Shown here in pieces: positions 49,453-57,959 of a DNA stretch of 64,000 bases (position 1 is its first letter; each line of letters begins with the position of its first letter). The DNA is from a virus: positions 32,001 through 96,000 of the IMG/VR virus record IMGVR_UViG_3300025687_000026; one strand, 5' to 3'. The position numbers and the translations under genes are program-made. The notes below the pieces were generated by a model, which had not been told where the DNA came from, ran no database searches, and saw only the letters and a list, made by a program, of their open reading frames with translations.

Positions 49453-52400
49453 TTCATTTTCCGATTCTGCTTCATAAGCGAATGACTGCGCTCCATTTTT
49501 CTCTTTCAGTCTCTTGCTACGGGCGCTCGGGTATTCCGGCTCCGGGTCCTCCGTAGGACGGTCCAACATGTCCCAGTCAGGAATGGATTGTTCAGATGTG
49601 AGGCTTGTAGGGCCACGAGGCGATTCGATACCGGACCCAACATCAATCCCCATACCACGGGCACCGGGACCACCGGTCATCTTTTCCTTCTCAAGACGGT
49701 CAACGATGTCAGCGATGCGTAGTAGGGTCTTGGCCATAACTTCAACTTTCTTCGGCTTGAGCACTGTTTCTGCATCGTCAGCCTCAATAACGCCTGCTGA
49801 TTCTTCCTCAGCCTGCTCTCGTTCTTTGGGCTCAGCCATGCTTCTGCCCTCTTCCATCTTCTCGGGTTTAACGCCCTTCATCATCAGTGAAGCAGCGGGC
49901 GACCATAGAGGTCGAACGCTTTCAGCCAGCAACAACGGGTATTCACTACCTTGAAGTTCACCAATTGTTGACTTTGGTGAGTGTGCCCAAGTCCCATGGG
50001 TGCCCGTTTCCATTTTGTAGACAACAGTGTCGACTTCAGGGAAGGTCAGGATGAGACGGTCTTCTTCAATGTCTACCGAAAAGTGAACGGGGATAACAGG
50101 ATGGGACTTGGTCAATAGCGAAAGCGTCTCCAATGAAACAGGAGCGTCATCGCTTTCACCAGTCACCTTGGAAGCCGTAACATCGTAGATGGTCTTATCG
50201 CCACGCTTTTTGGACTTAACACCCGACACTGAGACACTGACAACATCACCTTCGTTGAATGGCTTTGGACTGGTGACTGTGCCGACATCGAGGTAGGATT
50301 CACCTTCGTATTCTACACCACGGTTACCCAATCCTTCGGCATCCAATGGTCCTGCTCCCAAGCGGTAGGTGTAGGGACCCTTACCTCGAACATCGAGAAT
50401 TATCAGGCTGACTTTCTTGTCAGGACGGAGCAAGAACCACTTCGGATGACGACGCTCACCACGCATGTAAGTTGAAGTAGCGTCACGCAACAGTATGCGC
50501 CCGTCTTCTTTGCTAAGGCTCTCGACCACTGAAGGTAGACCTTCGTCATCGGTCAAGCGTAGATTATGAGGGCCGGGAACGATGATGTGCTCGTGACTGT
50601 CAAACTGTCCTCGCAGGACCTTTAGTCGCTCACGGACATTCATGTCAGCGATGTTGGAATCATCGTATTCGATAATGTCCACGATGTGGATTTCATCACC
50701 ATGGCGCACAGCGTCCAACATCCAGTTCTTTTCACTCATGGCCTTGAACTGTGTTTTGTCTTCCGAAGACAGCGGAACATCACCTTCGGTGTCGTAGGCT
50801 GTAATGTGACCACCCTTGCGGCGAACAATGAAACGCTCGCCTTCAGGCAACATTGACACAGCCCACTCACCACTAAAACCACGGAGGGCCTCGAAGTCTT
50901 TGAGAGAGAAGATACGGTGCATCGGGAGAATCGGCATCGGCTTCTTACCATCGTTCTTGATGAGAACATCCGGGTCCATCAAAGCCACGAGAGACTTAGC
51001 GACATCCACAGGGATGTCAGACTCCGCTCGACCTCCTTGTTCAATGGAAGGGGTGATGGCGTTGGGCACGCTCATCACTTGACCGGGCCCAGCAAGTGCT
51101 TGATTGACTATCTCTTCACCATGAATCTCGTTGAGCAAAGGTCGCTGAACTGAATGAAGGAACTGCTGGTTCGGCATGTTTGTTCCACCAACGAACTTCT
51201 TACCATCCCATTCCACACCCACCGTCGGTTGCTGTCGATAACCGTGTTCCATACCGCCACTGACATAGTAGTCCCCGATGTTGGCCCCCTTAAGAGAGGT
51301 AGCGGGGTGAATAGGGCGACCATGTTGACGATTCAGCACTGTCTGTCGAGTCGTGTCGGTGTCAATTTGAGGTTTGATAAGAAGGTCCTTGTCAATGACA
51401 GCAGGGTTCACTGTCACTACATCGTGAATCAGTGACTTCACACTCTCTTTAAGCGCACTATTCCGTGGGTCTTTGACAGGGCCCATAGGATGGCGAGTCA
51501 GACCATACTTGGCTGCTTCTTCCTCATAACCACGACTGAACAAGCGAGGGATGACGCCGAGTTTTCCACCGTAAGCAGTCTTTACCCAATCGCTCAATCC
51601 TTTCGTGCTCTTCCCCTTCGAGTCCTCAGCCATTCGACCCGTGGCTGCTTTTTGACGCTCAGCCTCACGGTAGCGTTGAACAACAGGCTCATTGTCATAG
51701 ACTCGGTCAAACTCCTCAATGTGGTTAATGTGCTTGTCATGCGACAGCGAGATGTCCTGACCACGAGGGTGAAATTGCATTCCGGTGCTGAGCAAAGTCC
51801 CGTGAGTCATCGCCCGAAGTCCACCGTCTTCAGGTGCAGAGTCACGCACCTGTTCAGCGAGTCTCTTGTGCTGTTCATGTAGTGGGTCTTCCTCATCAAA
51901 GTGGAAGCCAAGCGCCTGCATCACATCTTCAGTGCTCATGTCACGGGTAATGTCAACGCCATGTTGCATGACACTGGTGAGCATGTTACGATGAGGAACA
52001 ATGGTTTCACCGGTTACTTTTGAAGCAACAGCGCTGGCAGATTCACGCTCTTCCTCATCCAAACCCGGTCCATAGGTAGTCAAACCATGTGTATCATGCG
52101 GCACTCGCATCAGCATGCGGTTAGCGTCGTAGAACAGACGAGAGGTGTTTGCGAGAAACTTCAGTTTATTCGTAGGGTCAAAGGCCGTAGGGTCTGCCTT
52201 CTCCATGATTGGTTTGAGCCGCTTCGCCATCTCGGTGATGGCTTGTAGGTCAGCACCCATCTTCTCATCAAACTGCTGATGCGCATACTTGTAGGCCCTT
52301 CCTGTCTTTTCTCGCATCCCCTCAACTTCTTCGAGGTGACGGAGATTGGACTTTGCTTCAGCCAGTCGTTCCATCAAGTCTTCAGGCACCTCCTCTTCGG

Positions 52401-54867
52401 CACCTGCGAACGACTCAACCAAGTCTTCGAGTTGCGAAACTTCCTCCATGGCTATCTCGACTTGCTCTTGGTATTCCTGACTGGCCCGCATCGGGGTTTC
52501 AATCACGCTCCGTCCAGTCAAACCATGGAAGTTGGAAAAGACCTGCGGGTTGGTGGGGTCGTGAGAGCGAGCCTGCTCAAACTTTGGTTGCGACAGTTGG
52601 TCGTGACGCAACATGATGAAATCAGCAGGGTCGTGAGGCGGGTGCAATCGACCGAGGCGAGTTGTGATGTTATGTGTGAGACGGGCATTGTGACGATGTC
52701 GAGTTTCACTCCCAACTTCACCAGCGGACATGATAGGGTTGTGAGAAGAGGTTGGATGTTCTTCCAACCTGTGGGTAGGCCTCTCACTTCCAATCAAACT
52801 TTTACGCTCATCAGGTGTGAGAGGTCCGAGTATGTTTGCTGTTTCAGGGTCAAGAGTGGAGTGGCCGACATACGGTGTGTTTTTCGTATTGCGAGAGCGG
52901 TAGCGAATCCCCATCCCGAATCCGTATTTTTGGTGAGTGGAAGCATCCCATAGCGATTGAGCCCCAGCGTGAGTGTCGCCTTTCATCCCATGGCCACGCA
53001 CAGGTGGGACATATCGAGCAAACATACCGCTGTTTTTGCGACTGGGAGTAATGATACCGTCTTGACTGATATGACCAATCAGGCTTTCACCGCTTTTGTC
53101 TTTCGGCATCCAATCATGGAGCATCTCAAGATGAGCAAGAGGGTCACGACCACCACCGCCACGGATGTAAGGCAGGTGAAAAATTGCACCGTTGCCGACC
53201 GTCCCATGAGGCGTGCGCACCCACAGGTCAGCCTCATCCTCAGGAATGGCCTCGTCACGAGGGCCGTTGAAACCCAAGTAAGAGTGGGAATCTACATTCC
53301 GCACACCCTTGTGTTTGAATAATTCATTGAACGCTTCTGCTTTACCCTGCTCAAGTTTCTTTAAGTCTTCAAGGGAAAGCGGGCTCTCGTCTTCGGAAAA
53401 GTGACCCTTACCAGTGAACTCAAAGGAGCCATCCTTGTTTTGTTTGTAACCGAGCAAGTGTTTCAATGCGGCTTCATTGACGCCTTGCTTTTCTGACTGT
53501 TCAGCGTTGCGCATCGAATCGAGTGGAGTGCTACTCGCCAAGTGACCCTTTAACTGGCTAAAACTCTTCAAGGCACTAAGATGTGTGAGCGGTTCACCCC
53601 CATCGTCGTGCTTCTCATTGAGTGCACTGAGAATGGCTTGCGCCATTGTCCCGTGTTCATCATGGGGTGTTTCGTTGAGAGCCGTATGGAGGATTTCGTA
53701 AGCGTGGTCTTTCATGTCACGAATGTCGTCTTCTCCTTCCATGTGTTTGCGTTGATTCTGTGAAGTGTGGAGTTGACCGCGCATTTTGTGAAAGAACTCA
53801 GGTGTAAAGCGATGAGCGATGTTGCGTTTTATGCGCCCTGTCGAAACCTTGCGACCGTCGCTAAGAGTAATTTTTTGCACATCGTCACTGCTCCTAAGAG
53901 AGCCCTTCTCCTGCAAGTGCTTGACGACGGCGTTTCGGTCCGCTGGCTTAAGCCATTCAAGGCCAAGGTTGTAACCACCCCATCCAAGGGAAGTGCGTAG
54001 ACCGTTCATGTCAGGCTCTTTGTTCATCCAACCCTGAATGGCGTCGTCCATGTGCGCTTGAGCGATGGCGAAGTCATGTTCCTCGGGGTCGGGGTATTGC
54101 TCAATGAGTGCCTTTACCGTGCCGGGATTCTCCTGCTTCCAGTCTTCAAGATTATGCAAGTAGAGGTCGTGGAGATGACTGTCATGTAAAGGACCGGCAA
54201 AGGGATGTGTCACCTCTCCGCTGTAGGGGTCTTTGTGTCCCACTATGTTCATGTTACCTTTCTTGCGATGATGTTCTTCTTGCAGCGATTCTTGTTGCTT
54301 TAACTGTTGAGCCAAGGATGGGCGGCCGGGAGCGGGAGGGAGGTATAAGTCACGCAGTGTTTCGATGTAGGCAGGCAAGCCGTTCACGACATTTTTCTGA
54401 AGCAAGGGGTGATGTTCCTCTTGGAAAGGATGGTCGTTAGGGTAAAGCGCATGGGACTGAAAATCAGCCTTAGGCCACAGCGAAACAAAATCGTGAACGC
54501 TGGCCTCATTGAAACGCCCAGTCCAATGATGAGCAGGAATGGTATCAGCAAGGCGACCTGCACTGTAGTAGGAGACGCGTCCTTGGCGCTCACGACCTCG
54601 CTCAACCATGCCTTCGCGCTCAGCACGACGCTGTTCCCGACGAGCCTCTCGCCCTCTATTAACAGACAACCTATCGAGTTCTTCCTTCGCTACGATGTCA
54701 CAGATGAAATCATCAGCCCCCTTCATCACCTCGTAGCCGTGACGCTCAAGGTTTTCACTGGCGAAAACGAAGTTGGCGACTGCGTTCTCGTAGTCGAGTT
54801 CATCGAGAATGGACTTCAACAGGTCTGAGCGTGCTCGGAGATACCAGTCAGTAGCATCTTCTCGCAC
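49450..54867 (-). CDS. Large (~1800 aa) head-region protein with C-terminal degenerate ATP-dependent DNA ligase domain
   Basis: Ligase-like W.VS..PEGER, MLDA, IVDII, ERLKVL, LLRD..STY..G.R.HPKW and an OB domain; likely GTG start at 54867. Confidence 0.75.
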   Translation of the reverse strand: MREDATDWYLRARSDLLKSILDELDYENAVANFVFASENLERHGYEVMKGADDFICDIVAKEELDRLSVNRGREARREQRRAEREGMVERGRERQGRVSYYSAGRLADTIPAHHWTGRFNEASVHDFVSLWPKADFQSHALYPNDHPFQEEHHPLLQKNVVNGLPAYIETLRDLYLPPAPGRPSLAQQLKQQESLQEEHHRKKGNMNIVGHKDPYSGEVTHPFAGPLHDSHLHDLYLHNLEDWKQENPGTVKALIEQYPDPEEHDFAIAQAHMDDAIQGWMNKEPDMNGLRTSLGWGGYNLGLEWLKPADRNAVVKHLQEKGSLRSSDDVQKITLSDGRKVSTGRIKRNIAHRFTPEFFHKMRGQLHTSQNQRKHMEGEDDIRDMKDHAYEILHTALNETPHDEHGTMAQAILSALNEKHDDGGEPLTHLSALKSFSQLKGHLASSTPLDSMRNAEQSEKQGVNEAALKHLLGYKQNKDGSFEFTGKGHFSEDESPLSLEDLKKLEQGKAEAFNELFKHKGVRNVDSHSYLGFNGPRDEAIPEDEADLWVRTPHGTVGNGAIFHLPYIRGGGGRDPLAHLEMLHDWMPKDKSGESLIGHISQDGIITPSRKNSGMFARYVPPVRGHGMKGDTHAGAQSLWDASTHQKYGFGMGIRYRSRNTKNTPYVGHSTLDPETANILGPLTPDERKSLIGSERPTHRLEEHPTSSHNPIMSAGEVGSETRHRHNARLTHNITTRLGRLHPPHDPADFIMLRHDQLSQPKFEQARSHDPTNPQVFSNFHGLTGRSVIETPMRASQEYQEQVEIAMEEVSQLEDLVESFAGAEEEVPEDLMERLAEAKSNLRHLEEVEGMREKTGRAYKYAHQQFDEKMGADLQAITEMAKRLKPIMEKADPTAFDPTNKLKFLANTSRLFYDANRMLMRVPHDTHGLTTYGPGLDEEERESASAVASKVTGETIVPHRNMLTSVMQHGVDITRDMSTEDVMQALGFHFDEEDPLHEQHKRLAEQVRDSAPEDGGLRAMTHGTLLSTGMQFHPRGQDISLSHDKHINHIEEFDRVYDNEPVVQRYREAERQKAATGRMAEDSKGKSTKGLSDWVKTAYGGKLGVIPRLFSRGYEEEAAKYGLTRHPMGPVKDPRNSALKESVKSLIHDVVTVNPAVIDKDLLIKPQIDTDTTRQTVLNRQHGRPIHPATSLKGANIGDYYVSGGMEHGYRQQPTVGVEWDGKKFVGGTNMPNQQFLHSVQRPLLNEIHGEEIVNQALAGPGQVMSVPNAITPSIEQGGRAESDIPVDVAKSLVALMDPDVLIKNDGKKPMPILPMHRIFSLKDFEALRGFSGEWAVSMLPEGERFIVRRKGGHITAYDTEGDVPLSSEDKTQFKAMSEKNWMLDAVRHGDEIHIVDIIEYDDSNIADMNVRERLKVLRGQFDSHEHIIVPGPHNLRLTDDEGLPSVVESLSKEDGRILLRDATSTYMRGERRHPKWFLLRPDKKVSLIILDVRGKGPYTYRLGAGPLDAEGLGNRGVEYEGESYLDVGTVTSPKPFNEGDVVSVSVSGVKSKKRGDKTIYDVTASKVTGESDDAPVSLETLSLLTKSHPVIPVHFSVDIEEDRLILTFPEVDTVVYKMETGTHGTWAHSPKSTIGELQGSEYPLLLAESVRPLWSPAASLMMKGVKPEKMEEGRSMAEPKEREQAEEESAGVIEADDAETVLKPKKVEVMAKTLLRIADIVDRLEKEKMTGGPGARGMGIDVGSGIESPRGPTSLTSEQSIPDWDMLDRPTEDPEPEYPSARSKRLKEKNGAQSFAYEAESENE

Positions 54868-54880
54868 ATTCACACCACCG

Positions 54881-55519
54881 TCAATAGCGGCTACGCATGT
54901 ATTCTGACGGATGGTAGTCGTCCCTCTCTCCTTCGCCCATTTCAGTCGTGCCTTCAAGACCGGGGCAATCATCACCGAAGCCGAAGCGGCAACCAGTGAA
55001 CTGGTTACCACCGCACTGTTCACACATGGCTTTTACGAGTTCATCTTTGGCTTTGGCCAAGGCTTCCTCGGCTTTAGAGAGCGTGCCGTTCTCGACTTGG
55101 CGAGGAACGCTGTCGTGATGAGGATTCATCTGTTGACCCAGTGACTCGAAGTTCACGGATTCAGAAGTTGCACCTTTGTTGGTAACATCCGTGCCGGTGT
55201 ATTCATGCTGGTTGGTATTGTAGTAGGCGTTGCGAGTTTGACCACCGCTTTCAGCAGCAAACATAATGTTCTGAGGTTCAGAGTTGAAGGTGGTGTTGTA
55301 ACCGGGCTGGGCCTTGCTAACATTAGAGCAACCTGCTTTCATGCAAGAGCCGCCTGCTTTCATCTTAGAGCCACACTTAGGACAGTCCTTACACTCACAA
55401 GGCTCTTTGCCGCAGTCACACTTGGCCTTTTCCAACTCGTCTGCTTTCTCAAGAAGGCGTTGGGCTTTGTTCAGGAGGTCTTGGGCTTCACGGCTGCTGG
55501 GGGAGGGAATAGGCTTCAT
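54881..55519 (-). CDS. Hypothetical head-region protein with Cys-rich modules
   Basis: GAGGTGA SD; CDCGKEPCECKDCPKC and CEQC..C..C; many x-x-KA sites. Confidence 0.7.
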   Translation of the reverse strand: MKPIPSPSSREAQDLLNKAQRLLEKADELEKAKCDCGKEPCECKDCPKCGSKMKAGGSCMKAGCSNVSKAQPGYNTTFNSEPQNIMFAAESGGQTRNAYYNTNQHEYTGTDVTNKGATSESVNFESLGQQMNPHHDSVPRQVENGTLSKAEEALAKAKDELVKAMCEQCGGNQFTGCRFGFGDDCPGLEGTTEMGEGERDDYHPSEYMRSRY

Positions 55520-55845
55520 GCGGTCACCTCAGTGTTTTTGGCCTGCTCGGCCATCTCATGGATTTCATCCCATGTCATTTGATGAATCTGAGAGTTAGAG
55601 AACTCGTTGTGGCCCTTGATGATAGCGTCATCGTTGGCTCGGAAAGCATCAACTTCGACACCTTCAGTCAACGGAGTAGCGGAAGAGACAAAGCCAGCCT
55701 TGCGGAGAAGAGCGGATGGGTCACGAATGGCCTTGCGAAGAAGAGCGTTTTCGTGCTTTAGAGACTGAAGGTCGCTGTCCATGCTCTCCATTTTAGAGAT
55801 GAGCGTCGTCATAAGTCGCTCAGTAGCCGAAGTTTCTTCGCTCAT
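55516..55845 (-). CDS. Coiled-coil protein with scaffold-like C-terminal motif
   Basis: QMTWDEIHEMA resembles the scaffold end NMSWEEVHQLA. Confidence 0.7.
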   Translation of the reverse strand: MSEETSATERLMTTLISKMESMDSDLQSLKHENALLRKAIRDPSALLRKAGFVSSATPLTEGVEVDAFRANDDAIIKGHNEFSNSQIHQMTWDEIHEMAEQAKNTEVTA

Positions 55846-55854
55846 CTATTCACC

Positions 55855-56208
55855 TCAAGAATCGGGGACGAAGCGACCGAAGGTTCCACGGTGAACGCTC
55901 ATGTTGCGGTGAGTGCGGGCTGCGATGACGGTGCCGGGGAGAACGGCGTCACGCTGGGTGACATCGAACTTCTGACCCGTCTCATTCATTTTTTGCAGCA
56001 TGGGGTTGACCGTGCCGAAGTCAACGGTTTCACGCTCACTCTTCACGATGGCGCTGTGGATGTCCTCAGACAAGTAGCCTGCGAACTTGATGACTTCGTT
56101 AATGTGACCTTGGGCCTCGTTAGCGTTTCCTTCTTCCAGTGCCTTAGCGAAAGCCTCGCTGTGCACAGCCATTTTGCGGGCCATTGGGTGCATCTTCAGT
56201 AGGTCCAT
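55855..56208 (-). CDS. Hypothetical head-region protein
   Basis: 117 aa, follows the portal. Confidence 0.7.
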   Translation of the reverse strand: MDLLKMHPMARKMAVHSEAFAKALEEGNANEAQGHINEVIKFAGYLSEDIHSAIVKSERETVDFGTVNPMLQKMNETGQKFDVTQRDAVLPGTVIAARTHRNMSVHRGTFGRFVPDS

Positions 56209-56232
56209 CTTTTCCCCTCTCGTCCTTCGTAG

Positions 56233-56245
56233 TGATGCCGCATTA
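56233..56245. promoter_or_regulatory. Operator candidate TGATGCCGCATTA overlapping a TTTTAA box
   Basis: Intergenic after the portal; matches the motif at 11552. Confidence 0.5.
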
Positions 56246-56252
56246 AAAGAGG

Positions 56253-57959
56253 TTACTGACCCCGAGGCATGCGGGAGTTCAACATCGCATCGCTGTTTTG
56301 TTGCTGAATGCCGGGAGGCATTCCACGCTGCTGAACGCTTGACAGCGGCGAACCTGAGCCTGCTGACGAGCGTGCCTGCGGGCTTGCTGGAGAGCGTGGT
56401 GTGCGAATACCCATACCCTCACCGCCGGGTTGCGACGGGGGCATTGGAGGCATACCTTGAGCACCGGCAACTTGAGGAGGTGCACCTTGCATGGGCATTT
56501 GACCGGGCATCTGTTGACCCGCCGCAGCCTGTTCCTCACCTCCGGGCTGCTTACGGTAGACGAAACGGATGTCTCGGTCACCTTCTTCAAGCAACTCGGG
56601 CTTATAGCCCAGCATCGCCATCCGCTGAGCAAGGTTGACTTCCATCTCGTCACGGCGTAGGCGAGTGATTTCATCCTCTTCCTCGTTGGGGTAGAGCGTC
56701 AGTTTCCAATCGGTGACATCCATCTCTTTGAGCATGCGAGGAAACAGGTTTTCGGTGTAGACCTTTTGTCCAAACTCAACAGCACGGTTGGTCACAAGAA
56801 TCTGCAAACCCTCGTTGTTCAACCCACCGGACTTCCCGTTGTCAATCATGAAAATGCTCGACACGCCGTAGAAGGCAGCGATACGGTTACGAATCTCGTC
56901 ACGCACGGCGATGTATTGCATCTCTTCCAGCGTGTCCATGAACTTGACCCAGTTGACTCCACCGCGACCGGAGGATGACTCAATACCGACCTTAGGCACA
57001 TAGTGGGGGTCACGCTCCATTTTCTCGTCAACGGACTTCCAAAACGACTTCATTGACTCAAGGTTGTCCGTAGTCACGGAGATGATACCCTTAGGTGTGC
57101 GCCGCTTTTGGTAAGCCGTGTAGATGTAGTTGTCCATGGCTGTGAGGCTCATGGCTTGACGCCACATGGTGTTGACAGGAGCGCGACCGTAGAGTTTGCT
57201 TGGGTTGTATTTGCTCAGATGAATGACTTCACCTTTCGTAAAATACTGGTTCTTACCGCTTCCCGCCATGTTGACATAATGAGCATCAACGAGGCGAGAG
57301 CCGCAAGTTTGACACTTGGGTTCTTGACCGGGATAGGCGACTTGGTCGCGGTGAAGGCGGCAAATCTTGTAACGCCCGCCACGGACACCGCGCTTGTCGG
57401 CGATGATACGCATGAAAACAGGGTCACCTCGAACGATTTCCTTGACGCGGTAAAAGGCAATTTCACCCGAGTCAGGGTCGACATAGTATTCCTTGATGAG
57501 AAGAAGGAAGGCATCGTCGACGATGTTAAGGTCGTTCTCAATCTCACCGAGCACTTGCATGAAGGTCTGCTCCATAGCGTTCTCCTGTTCAAGCAGCCAC
57601 TTCGGGTAGATGACTTGCTCAGGGTCGGGGGAACGAACCTCTCCACCACAGGTTTTGCACATCTCGATGTCGTGGTGAAACTCCTCTTCGCACTCAACGC
57701 ACTTCTTACGAAACTTCTTCTCCCAGTGATAACCACGACGGAAAATCTCCTGTCGCAATTTTGACTGCACCGTTCGCAGAATGAGGTTCTCTTGACTCAC
57801 AGCGTAGAGGGCTGGGAGAGTGATACCTTGCGCCAACACAGGCTCTTGAATGCCCGTTGTGTAGAGAGGCATCTGCGGTTGAGGCGTCGTTCGACGGCGG
57901 AACGGGTTCGCCAACGCTGAAAGGAATCGGCTAACTGGTCCTTGCTCTTCTTCCGCCAT
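56253..57959 (-). CDS. Portal protein
   Basis: DL.I.DDAF, EVIH...NP..LYG.AP, P.GII, R.RIAAFYGVS..F; position between terminase and protease. Confidence 0.9.
   Translation of the reverse strand: MAEEEQGPVSRFLSALANPFRRRTTPQPQMPLYTTGIQEPVLAQGITLPALYAVSQENLILRTVQSKLRQEIFRRGYHWEKKFRKKCVECEEEFHHDIEMCKTCGGEVRSPDPEQVIYPKWLLEQENAMEQTFMQVLGEIENDLNIVDDAFLLLIKEYYVDPDSGEIAFYRVKEIVRGDPVFMRIIADKRGVRGGRYKICRLHRDQVAYPGQEPKCQTCGSRLVDAHYVNMAGSGKNQYFTKGEVIHLSKYNPSKLYGRAPVNTMWRQAMSLTAMDNYIYTAYQKRRTPKGIISVTTDNLESMKSFWKSVDEKMERDPHYVPKVGIESSSGRGGVNWVKFMDTLEEMQYIAVRDEIRNRIAAFYGVSSIFMIDNGKSGGLNNEGLQILVTNRAVEFGQKVYTENLFPRMLKEMDVTDWKLTLYPNEEEDEITRLRRDEMEVNLAQRMAMLGYKPELLEEGDRDIRFVYRKQPGGEEQAAAGQQMPGQMPMQGAPPQVAGAQGMPPMPPSQPGGEGMGIRTPRSPASPQARSSAGSGSPLSSVQQRGMPPGIQQQNSDAMLNSRMPRGQ

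Noticed and set aside
54868-55023. N-terminal extension of the 1857-aa ORF (similar extensions at 4486, 7069, 9178, 10359, 42916, 49453)
   Set aside because: They overlap upstream genes; downstream starts with SD sites or stop-start coupling fit better.
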